NCBI GenBank assembly: GCA_965218975.1
Contig: OZ244717.1
Span: 1,792,001 to 1,856,000, forward strand
DNA length: 64,000 bases
DNA from: Candidatus Oxydemutatoraceae bacterium
Lineage (GTDB): Bacteria > Pseudomonadota > Gammaproteobacteria > Poriferisulfidales > Oxydemutatoraceae
Direction: 5' to 3'
Position 1 is the first letter of the stretch. Each line of letters begins with the position of its first letter. Below are positions 34,601 to 46,600 of the stretch, in pieces. The position numbers and the translations under genes were made by a program. Below the pieces are notes generated by a model, which did no database searches, was not told the DNA's origin, and saw nothing but the letters and a program-made list of their open reading frames with translations.

Positions 34601-37600
34601 AATCGACCTGCGTATCTATATCTGTTCTCATCAAGAAATCTGAAAAGCCCCCTATTTAAGGCACTCAAATCGAACAGATTAAAGGGGGTGTGCCCGGAAT
34701 TATAATCGTAGTCTGCCGGGTCCCGCGCGGTACCGGCGATTATTTCGATTATTACGCCAAATACACCGCCAATGGGTGGCCGTTCGTCACGGTCGGTCGT
34801 GCAGGAAATAATAGGCATGTAATTCTCGCCCTCGATGACTTCGATACGCGTCGTCACAAAGCCACAAACCGCCTCGGGAAAGTCAACATTCAACACGGTA
34901 GTTTCCGCTCTTGCCGCTGTCGGTGCAATCATATAATCCGCGCTAGGCAACAGCGTCGCAGTCAGCGTCGTATCCGGATTCCATCCGATGATCGGCTCAT
35001 ACTCTACAAAAACGTCCTTCTCCGACTCGCCGTCGGCAAAAATCACGGTCCGAGGCGTGGAGCCTACCAGCTGCCTGCCGGCCAACTCCACTTTGACTTC
35101 CAATCGTCCGGCGCTGTTTGTGCGGTGTACTCTGAAACTCTCGTGGCTTCCAAGATCCCCACTTGGTTCTTTAATGGATTTCATTCGTGTGAAAATCCCC
35201 ACCGTCGGCACGATGTCAATCGGCAACTCCAACTCAACCACCGCGTTCGGCGTGTCTATGACCGTCGCGGTCAAGGTGCCGGTGGTCGCGTCAATCGCCG
35301 CTTCCACAAAAATCAGCTCTAATGAGTCACCTTGAGTGAACGTCGTCGTTGACGGTTTGATCGTTACGCCCTCGCCCGTATAGGAGAACGCCACCGTCAA
35401 AACCTCGTCTTCGCCCAGCGTCGGAATACCCAACGGCGTCTCGATTGGGCTCAGAGACAAATCGAACGACTCCGAAACGCCGCCGGCGATCAGCGACAAG
35501 CGCTCTTCCGCGGATTCCAGCGCAAATTCGCGCGCAACCGCTTCCACCGGTAAAAACGCATGGCTTGACGTATAGACTTCGCCGTTGTTTTCATTCCCGT
35601 CGCGAAACTCGGGAGCGACCGGTGCGACCAAATAAACAGCGCGCGTCAAAACGCCGTCGCTAAGCAAATCTGCATCCACAAAGGAAACAGCCGCCGGAGC
35701 AACGGCATAAGGCGCACCGATTTCAAGCGTTGCGCTTGGCGTCGCGCCTAACACCGCCGGCGCGAACGTAACTTCTTCTGTGACCGGCACGGGTGACTCA
35801 GACGACGGAACAAGAAAGCGTGCGACTATCAACTCGCCTGCGCGCAGACGCGCCGGGTCTTTCAACATCACCGTCAATTCGGTCGTCGCAGCGCTGGCTA
35901 GCACTTGCGCGCGCTCAAGTATCTCACCGCGCGAATTCGCGAATACCACACCGTAGTCGTCGTCAATGATCACAACCTCCAAATGACCCGGACTCCCGAT
36001 AGCCACGCCGGCGGGTGTATCACGGGGTTGAACCAGATTCAAAAAGAACGTCTCGTCGCCTTCCGCCAAGAAATCATCTAAAATACGGAAATCTCCGCCT
36101 GCTGCGCTTAAATCAATTAAACTGCGGTATCGCTCCTCTCCTGCGGTATCAACCACGCGGAAACTTGCCGGCGCAACCGTGAACGTCAAATCAATATCAA
36201 CCAGGTCAATGCCGACCACCGTTCTTTCTTCACCCGTCGTCACAAGCAACATTCCGAAACTCCCATTCGGCCGTTCATTGCGCGCCGTCTCGGAAAGAAC
36301 TTTGCCGGTAACGTAAGAATCGCCTTCAACGACCCGGATCAGGACACCTTCGTCCGGCGAAAGATTCTCAGGCGGAATCAAGCTGCCGGTTTGCGATGCA
36401 AACCTGACCGTCAAATCGGGAACGTCATTGTCCGTCACGAGCGCCGTCGCTGTCAACGCCGTCGGCACAAGGGTAATGAAACCCACGACGGCCTCCGGCA
36501 TCGCAGCAGTAATGATCGTATCCGCTTCCCAGGCCTCATCGTCCGCCGTGGGAACACGAAACTCGGTCATCATCTCGCCGTCCGCTAAAATTACGCTGAA
36601 TGATAATTCGGCGTTCGGATTAAATACGGAGTTGCTATCCGCCGGCTCCGATACCTCTACAAACAGAATTAAACTTCCGCCGCGGTCCGCGCGCTGCAGC
36701 GTAAAGACGACGTCGTCTCCCTCTTGCACTTCAGGCGTTGCCGTAGAAATCCATAGATAGGATGAGATCCTAACATCCAAACGCGGCTCGATTGTCTCGA
36801 TTGTTATGTTGGACGCAGTGCCGACCAATGTCACCGTAATCTCCCCGGACCTCGCCGCCGTCGTCGCGCTCAAGCGCGACTCGTCGGTCATACGACTCGC
36901 GTCAAACGTTACCGGCGACACCGTAACCCCATCCTCCGTATAGCCCAGATCAACCGCCAAACGCTCGGCCGCATCCAGTATCGGAACGCCCAACGGCGTT
37001 TCCTTCGGCGTCAAAGACAAACCGAACCGTTGCGAGCCGCCCGCAGGCACGATCAAACGCGGCGCGTCACTGAATATTTCTATCCCCGCCGAGCCCTCGG
37101 CAAACGTCAGCGTAAACTCGCGCGCCACGACTTCCACCGCCAACGAGGAGGAAGTAAACGTGATGTCTTCGCGCGTGCCGTCCACTTTCACCAATTCGGC
37201 ATTCAGCGCGACTTCGCCGGACGCAGGTGCATCGTACGGCGCACTAATCGTTAACATCGCGCTCGGCTCCGACTGCGTTAACACAAACTCGCTTTGCAAC
37301 AGCGCAACTTCGGTCGCGGTCAATCCGACCTCGACGCGATCATCGGCCTCGAGTAAATGCGGATTCCACAACCTCACTTGCACATCGGTTGCGCCGTTGG
37401 CAAGCACTTGTGCCGTACGCGGCTGCGCCGTGTCGAGCGGGTTGCTCGACGGCGTGACAAACGTGACTCCGACTTCCAGCGATTCATCGTCGCGCACGGT
37501 AATCGGCAGACTCAGCGGCGGATCAAACCGTACCTGTTCGGTCGCCTCAAAAATGGCGTTTACGGTAACGCTGCGGTCGCCGCTGATGATCGTGTCGTCG

Positions 37601-40600
37601 TGAGTCGGCAGATCAATCGAAAACGATCTATCGCAGGGGGCAAGCCGCGCTTCGGCCGGGGGATTACCGGTCAGCACACCGCCTGAATCATCATATTCGA
37701 ACGCAACGATAACCAAGTACGGAATCGTGCAATTCCCGATCGGCAGAACGTTCACGCGAAACATAGCCGTGTCTCCCTCCGTCACATCAATCGAGGTCCT
37801 ATCGAATACCAACATCGCCATGTCGTCGTTTTCTATATCCAAGCTGCCGCGCGCGACTTCCGCACCGTTCAGCAGCGCTTTGATCTCAATGCGCTCGGTG
37901 CCCTCGATCTGAGTGTCGTTGATAACCGTAATCGTGATGTAATCTACCGATTCGCGCTCGCCGCCACGCAACGTCAGAGTATCTTTATTCACACGGAAGT
38001 CGTCCCGGCGGACGGCGCTACCGCCGCGGAAATCAAACATAATCGTTTGATCCGCGGCAAAAGTTACATTATTGTCGATTCCGACCCTTAAAGTTACAAC
38101 TCTCCCGTCCCCTTCCACGACAGAGTTCGGTTCGATCAGCAACGATAGTTCGGCTTCATTTGTCTCCGAAACGGTAACTTCAGTCGCGCCGCGCGTCGAG
38201 GAGACAGCATAGGAGACGCCCCCAGGCAACAACGCCGCGCGAACGAGACTGTCAAAGTCAATCGTCAGGTCGCTCAGCGTTGCCACTGCCACCATTCGTT
38301 CCTTTTCATCTGCTGCAAAAGGGATTGTTCGCCGCCTTTTGTCAACTGCGGCAATGCGATCGCCGCCTGTTTCGGTAATCTCCATATCCACCGTCAATTC
38401 CGCATCGGGCAAAACGGTACGCGTCAGCATCAACACAATCTCTTCGCCTTCGTTGACTACGGCGGATGCGGCGGAAATCGATATCAGCGGAAGCGTCACA
38501 ATATCAACGGGGACGCGCGTTGACGTTACCGTCGCGTTCGTCGCCTCGGCTGCTGCGGCAATCAACGTGCCGTCGGTCGCGTCAAGCGCTGCGTTCAAGT
38601 GTGCTTCAACCGACATGCTCGCAGCAGTGAATACGACCGGCTCTGCCGCAACGCCCCGCCCCGTATAGAAAAACTCAACCGTCAGCTGCTCGCCCTCGCC
38701 CAGCATCGAATCGCCGAACATTGTCGGCTCGCCGAACAAAATCAACGACACCGGCGTCGAACCGCCGGCGGCGACCGCCTGTTCGAGCATGGCAAATCTC
38801 AGCGTGAATTCACGCTCGATCACTTCCACCGGCAACGGAGTGAGAAATATCACTGCTTCTTCGCCGGACAACTCCGCCGTCGCCGTAATCTCGCCGGTTG
38901 CGGCGGCGTAAGGCACATGAATGGTAAATACCGCGCTCGGCTGCGCCGCTGTCAATACAAGCTCCGTCTTGTCAAGTCCGAACTCTGCCGAATCCAGTGT
39001 GACCAACACTTCTTGTTGCGCCGCAATGCTCTTCGGATCGCGCAACATCACATACACTTGCGTTGAAGCGACAGCAAGCGCTCGTGCCGCATCGCCTGTA
39101 GCGATCGGTTGATCCTGCGATAAGCCGAATACGACTTGATCGTTGTCGATAATCGTGATCGTTACAACGCTGTCTGCCGCCGTCAGCTTGAGCCGCGCAT
39201 CCGCAGGCGAGAGACGGATATCAACTGTAAAAGACTCGCGCGCTTCAATCAGAAAATCATCGATAATTTCAACGCTCGCCGCGACAATCGCTTCATACCT
39301 GCCGTCGGCACTCAGCGTGTAATCTGCCGGCCATACGACAATTTCCTCAATAAAGCCGGAAAAATCCGCTCCGAGAGTCGCTTCCCCGCTTGCCGGCTCG
39401 ACCGATAGTGTCAATGCTCGATGATTGACTTCGCCGGGATTATCCATCGCAATGATGATCGGAATCGCCACGGTGCCGTCAATCTCGCGCGCCGCCTGAG
39501 CGTCATGCTGCGGGCGAACGGTTGTTGCCGCAAAGTCGTTGTCCGATACTTCCACTGTCGTTGAAGACGCCGCCGGCGCAATCAAGTAGTCGCTCTCCAG
39601 CAACAACGTCGCAGTGACCGGCGCGTGCGCTTCCCATACCTCATCGTCTACCGTGGCAATGCGCAACTGCGCCGTCATCGCGCCTTGAGCAAAGCTCACC
39701 GTATGTGCACTCTCACCCGTCGGCGAGTCCGTCGGATCGGACACCAACACACGATTGTCGTCCGCCGGCTCGGTCACTCGCACCATCACTGCCAATTCAT
39801 CGCCGCTATCCGTGCGCTGCAAATCAAACACCAAGTCGTCGCCTTCGTCAATGCGCGGACGCGCGGCAAAAATTCCCACCGCCGGATTGATCGCAACTTC
39901 CAGTTTGCCGCTGCCGGGCGTTGCCGTGATACTACTCGCATCGGCGAACGCTGCCGTTATCACACCGCCCGTTGCGGTCAGTGCTGCGTTCAAGCGCACC
40001 TCTACTGTTGTGCGCTCGGCCGTAAACGTTACCGGCTGCGCCGCAACACCTTCGCCCGTATAGAAAAATTCAGCCGTCAGACGCTCGTCTTCACCGAGCA
40101 TTGAAGTACCCAACGATGTCTCGTTGCCGCTTAAAGACAGCGACACCGTCGCCGCACCGCCTGCGTCCACCGCTTGAAGCTCCGGCTCGAACGTCAATAT
40201 AAATTCGCGATCAAATATCACATCCAATATCAAAAACGCCGGAGTCGAAGCGCGCACTTCGCCGTTTGCGCTATTATTGTCCCTAAACTCAGGTGCGACC
40301 GGCGCGACCAAAGCGACATTATCCGTAAAGTCGCCGTCGGTAAACAAGCGTGCATCCGAAAAGGACACTTTCAGGGTCGACGGAGCGTTGTAAGGCGCAC
40401 CGACTTCAAGCATCGCGCTCGGTGCCTCCTGCGTGAACGTGACTTCTTGCACAACCGGCGCGGACGACTCAGGCGACGGTACCAGAAAACGCGCTACAAT
40501 CGACTCGCCTGAACGTAATTCATTCGGTCCTACCAACATCACACCCAATTCCCTCGTGGCACCGGCGAGCACCTCTCCATGCTCAAACCTTTCGCCCGAA

Positions 40601-43600
40601 GGCGACCTGAATATCGCATCCGGCGGCACGGCAAATACCTCTCGCGTGCGCGGGTCCGTAAACACCGCCGCGTAATCGTTGTCGATAATCGTTACCCTGA
40701 CCTTATCCCGCCCAAACATCACGTTTCCACCCTGCCCCGGGGAAAGCTCCAAGATAAATTCGTAGTCCTCGTCGCCCTCCGCCAAGCCGTCGCGTTTGGT
40801 TACGTGGGGCTTTCGGTCGGGAGCAATCGCATTGACCCTACTGCGATACTTTTGTCCGGCGCCGTCGTCAAACGGCATGTAACTTTCGATCGGAAAGGGA
40901 ACAAGATCAGAGAAAATCCCATAGTCCGAAGGAGAACCGGCGCTGCCGGGGAACGCCGAAACCGCCAGAAAAGTCAAGGAATTCGGTTGTTGCCCGGCGT
41001 TTAACGTTTCTATCAGCACATAGACCGCCGGGGCACTGCCCTCGCGGACGACAATCGCGTCTTCTTCGAGGGCAACTATCGATGCGATATCATCTATATT
41101 CCTTACCAAAGTGCGCGCACTCGCCCGTGTCGGCGAAACGTCATAGTCCGCGCCGGGCAATAGCTCTGCGATGATCGGCGTATGCGGATTCCACTGACCC
41201 TGCATCCGGCCGGTAGTGACGACACGCAGCTCTGTCGTCGCCGCATCGCCGACAAATCGCAGCGTGTACGTGACGAATCCGTCCGCGTCGCCATCCGCCA
41301 GCACGCGATGCTCATCCGCCGGTTCCGACACCCGTACTGTTACGCCGCGCAGATCCGTCGCCGTATCCGCACTGCTGCGGCGCAACGTGAAAACAATAGG
41401 GCGGAGACCGGTGTCTAATTCATTTATCTCAGATCTGGCCGCGGAAATCGATACGACCGGAAAGGCCTCGATCGGCAAGCGCGCCAACGCGGGAGCGTTC
41501 GGCGCAACTAGATTGACTGCGCGCGGCGCGGCGCGGGGGGCAAACAACTGCGCATCGATAAAAGTGATTTCGCCGCTGAATACGTCCGCGGCAAGACCGA
41601 CGGTCAAAGTTCCGCTCGTCGTTGCCGTTAGTGTGACGGTCTGCGTCGTCGGGCGCTGTGATTCCGTCGACGGCATCAGAAAACGCGCTTCAATCGACTC
41701 GCCTTCCTGCAATCGGTTCTCTCCTGCCGGTGCTACCGTGACCTCGGTCGAAGCGCTGCTATGCAACAACACGCGCTCCGGCGTCTCGCCGTTCGGGAGT
41801 TTGAACACCACGCCGAAGTCGTTGTCGATAATGATGACCGTTATCGTTCCGTTCTCGACGCGTACTATGTCATCATGCCGGGCGACATAACTTAGGATGA
41901 AATCTTCGGGCCCCTCTGCTAATAAATCATCTTCCGTTGAAAGAAACCCTTTTTTATTAGGGTTGCCTTCGAAGTCAAGAAAAGAGACTATAGCATTATT
42001 CCGCCTAACCACACTGGGATCTTCCACCGATCTGACCACAACATCGTCCCCTGTGTTCTCAACCGTGAATTCATCTCGATAGCGGAATCCGTCTTCGGTG
42101 TTACCCCGACGACGGGTACCCCGAGTGGGTATGTCTATTGGGGTACCGCCAAAAGAAATTGCCGCGCCGTAATCATAATCGCTCGGTGCCATTGCGCTAC
42201 CGTCGTCGAAATTAATATCTCCAAATATAGCGGTTAACGGTCGTTGATCAAGATCGGTCTCGAGAAAGCCTCGGAGCATATAATTCTCGCCTTCAATGAC
42301 TTCGATGCGCGTCGTCGTAAAACGAATCACCATCGCGGGGGGGTCATCGGAACTATTGAGCACGTGAAACTGCACGCTTGCCGCGGTCGGCGCAATCGTA
42401 TAATCCTCGCTAGGCAACAGCGTCGCAGTCAGCGTCGTGCCAAGATTCCATCCGGAAATTGGCTCAACATCAATACGAATTGCTGTCTCCTGCGTAACAC
42501 CGTCGTCGAAGACTACGGTGCGCGACGTAGCGCCCGTCAGCTGCTCGCCGGCCAATTCCACTATGACTTCCAATTGCCCGGCACTGTCCGTGCGCCGCAG
42601 ATCGAAAAAGGAATCAAGGTCCTCTACACGAAAAAGACCTTCGCCAAAGGGAAAAATCCCGACTGTCGGCACGATGTCAATCGGCAGCGCAAGCGTGACT
42701 GTCGTCTCCGACGAATCAATGGCCCTCGCAGTCAAGGTGCCGGTGTTCGCGTTAATTGCCACGGTCAAAGTCAGCTGCGCCGATCGCTGATCGCGAGTGA
42801 ACGTCGCTGTCGGCGGTTCAATCGTCACGCCCCTGCCGGTGTAGGAAAATTCCACCGTCAGACGCTCGTCTTCGCTCAGCATCGGCATACCCAACGGTGT
42901 CTTGATACCGACCAAAGATACATCAATCGTCGCCGAATCGCCGCTTGCGATCAGCGACAAGCGGTCGAACGTGGATTCCAGCGCAAACTCGCGACCGACA
43001 ATTTCCACCGGCAATGCCGCCGACTCGACTGTTGCGATCGTCTCATCCGGCGGCGCACCTCTAAGCGCCGCAGTCAGCGTGCCGGTGGTGCCGCCGACAT
43101 CAAACGCTGCATCCAAACGCAGCTGCGCCGTCGGTGCGCCGGCGGTAAACGTTAGCTCAGACGGCGTAATCGTGACGCCCTCGCCCGTGTAAGAAAACGC
43201 TACCGTCAAACGCTCGTCTGCGCCTAGCGTCGGCGTGCTCGACGGCGCGACTGCGATCCCGGTCAAAGACACATCAATCGTCGTCGTGCCGCCCGCCATC
43301 ACCGTTTGATCCTCGCCGTCAAAGCTCAAACGGAAGCGGCGCGCGACGGTCTCCACCATCAGCGGAGCTGTGGATCGGGATACGGTGAATCCGTCCGGCG
43401 ACATTACCTCGGCGATCTTGACCTCGCCGGTGCGCAAACCGATATCATGCGGCGCACTGATTGTAAACGTTGCGCGCGGCATCGTGCGGCTGAGCGTCAA
43501 CTCGGACGGGTCCAATTCAAACTCCGACGATTCCAATTGCACCGTAACGACGCCGGCTGTCGTCGGTAACGAAGCCTCGTTTTGCAATATCAGCCGCGCC

Positions 43601-46600
43601 TCCACCGAGGCGCCGACGGTGACTTCAGCGGTCGATGCCGCAAATGCGACGCCGATATCGTTATCAATTATAGAACTACTGTCCCCAAACGACTCAAGAA
43701 TCGTGAAATCCGGGCCCGACTTGGTCGTCGGTTTATACGTAAGTATTTCTCCCACTTCGACGATGTCATCATCTATAAACGTTATACGAATCGGCTCGGC
43801 AAATCTTTCGCCGGCCGGTAAACGGAGTACCGGCGGCGGCGTCAAGAGGGCGTCCGTCGTCGCATCTGTCAGTATGTAATCTTCGCCGAACGTCGCCGTC
43901 CCGGATAACTCCAACGTAACCTCTATATCCCGCGGAAGCAAATCGCCTTCTAACTGTATGGCAAACATCCCCGCAACCCCTTCTCTGAAGCTGTTGTCAC
44001 CGCTAGGGAAAGAGGGGGTAACAAGCACAGAAGGCTTCTCCTCGTCATCAATGATCGTCACTGTCGCTTCGAGGTTAGGGCTAAAGCTAAAAACCATATT
44101 ATCGACTATAACCTCATCATTGGAATGCGGCGCCGATACGTCGGAAATAAACAGCGAAAAACTCTCGTCCCTTTCAAAGAACGCATCTTCGACGGCGGTC
44201 AGCGAGATCAGCATGAAATCATTAACCTCGCTTCCCGCAGGAAAAGTTACCGTTTGCTCGAAAGTATAATCTTCGGCAGTTGCGCTGCCGGCGCGCGCCG
44301 ATACCGCCACGATGATTTCGCCGTTGGTAACAGCAGGACTCTCAGAGTTCAGAATAATCCGAACCTCCGTGTCTTCACCTTCATTCACCGTATAAGCGGG
44401 CGCATCAAACGCCATACGGTAGAGCATCCGGGAGCTGCGCTGTGTCACCGTCGTTCGCGCTGCTGCGCCGGCGCCCGCCGCGCTGACCGCACGCACTTCT
44501 ATGAGGATCTCCTGATCGAAGATGGGAAAATTTAGGCGCCCAAAAAAGCCGGGCACCGTAAACCCAGACCAGCTTAAAAAAGTAATTCCGTCGTCGTCGC
44601 TGATGCGAAATTCGTAATGATCAATCGGCGCAGTGCCCGGATCAGTGGCCGCGTCCCACTCCAGAAATACTCCGGCCGAGTGCCCTACCGCCGTCAGGTT
44701 CTCGGGCGCGCCCGGCACTATGTCGTTGTCCACCACTGTCGACGTCGCTTCGCCGAGGACACCGATCTCGGCATGCGATACGGTCAATGTCGTCTGTTTG
44801 CTTTCCTCAAATACCGGATCGTCCGTGAACGTCAGGAAAAACGTTACCGCGCGGTTCAGCATAGTTCGAACCGAATCGCCCGCCGTAGGCATCGTCGTCC
44901 CACTCGCCGGAAGCGTCAGCCAAAACGGCGGTTGCAGAAGATTGCCGCCTTCATCCGCCACTGTATAGTCGCCCGGAAACTCCGCGTCCTGAGCATCAAT
45001 CGTAAGAGTAAATACTTGATCCTCTTTAAAGCCGTTTTCGCTGCGCACCGTGACCGCTATCACTTCCCCTTCGTCAATCTCCTCCTCGCTGAACTCGAGC
45101 GAAAAAGAAGTTGAGGAAACAGCGGCATCCGCTTCAATGGTTATTTCGGCGCGATCATCAGAGTCCCCGTCAAGTACATCCTGCGGGTCCGAAAACACTA
45201 CCTCGCTGACAACCAACGAAAAAGTCTCCGCATCTTCGATAATGAGGTCATCTCTGATGCGAATTTCAAGATTTTGCGCTTGCGGTGTTTTATCCTGATG
45301 GCCTACCGCTTCGGGCAAAAAAACAAGCGGCACGGCATCCAAGGCAATATAGTCCGCCGGTGCAGTCGCGCTGCCGTCATTCGTCGAGAAAAAGAGCGTA
45401 ATAGCACCGCGCGGCGGGGAGACACCAGGGAGAAAACTCCCTTCCGATAAGGAAACACTAAAAGATATCACTTCGGCGCTTTCATCAACGGTGGTGGGAA
45501 CGTCAAGCGCCACGATAAAAGGCCTCACATTCCTCCAAGACTGAGTGAGTCGCGCGACTGCGCCGGCGCCCTCTGCGCTGACCGCGCGCACTTCGAAAGT
45601 GTTCTCACCTTCGCTCAGATTTATTTCCACCGCCAGCGTGGCACCGACGTCGGTCCAATCCGGACCCCAAGTCGTCCCGCCGTCGCGGCTGACGCGATAC
45701 TCGTAACGGTTGATCGGCGCGGTGCCGGCATCGAAAGGCGCGGTCCAAATCAGTTCCGCTATATCAAAAAGGATTCCCCTCAACCGCAAGCCCGTCGGCG
45801 CGGTCGGCACGGTCGGCGTCTCAACAATCCGCGCACTCGCGCCGTTGCCCGCTGCATTGACTGCACGTACCTCAAAGGTGTACCTCGTGCCGATGTCCAG
45901 ACCCGATAAAAGTTGTAGCGGGGCAGGCCCGAAGAGATCCATGTCAAATGGTAGCTCATCGCTAATGTAGTCCCAATCCGGGTCCCAAGTACTTCCGTCG
46001 TCGTTGCTGTAGCGAAACTGATAAGTTTCCAACGGCGTGCTGCCGAAATAAAGAGGCGCGTCCCATGCCAATAGCCACAGATCAACGCCTTCTTGTTGAG
46101 ACACCTGCGGATCAATGCGAGAGAATCTCAAATTCCGCGGCGCGTCGGGAGGGAAGTCGTTGTCGGCAACCTGCACCGTGGCGCTGCCTTGACCCGGATC
46201 AACGATGTATCTATCTCTGGGGGTAAGGGAAATCGTTATCGAGAACGGCTTGGCGTTAGCGATCGAGTCGTCGAGAATGGGAATGCTGAGCATCATGCTT
46301 GCTTCGGAGGCGAGAAAAGTAAACTCCGGCGCTTCCACAATGTTCGGCAAGCTGCCAGCAACTAATAATCTGCTAAAATCATTATCGGGTACGGACAGGC
46401 TGAGCTCTACGGTCAACTCCGCGCTGACATCCCCCATCCTCGTCACCGTGAACACGGCAGATTCGCCCTCGGTTACAAGCGCTCGGGGCGACACGATTGA
46501 CACAAAGGGACCGCCGTCCACAAAGACATCGGGAAAATCCCGCGCCGAATTGGAAAGGTCAATCGGGGTGTCGTCGGCAGAAACAATGGCAACCCCGGCT

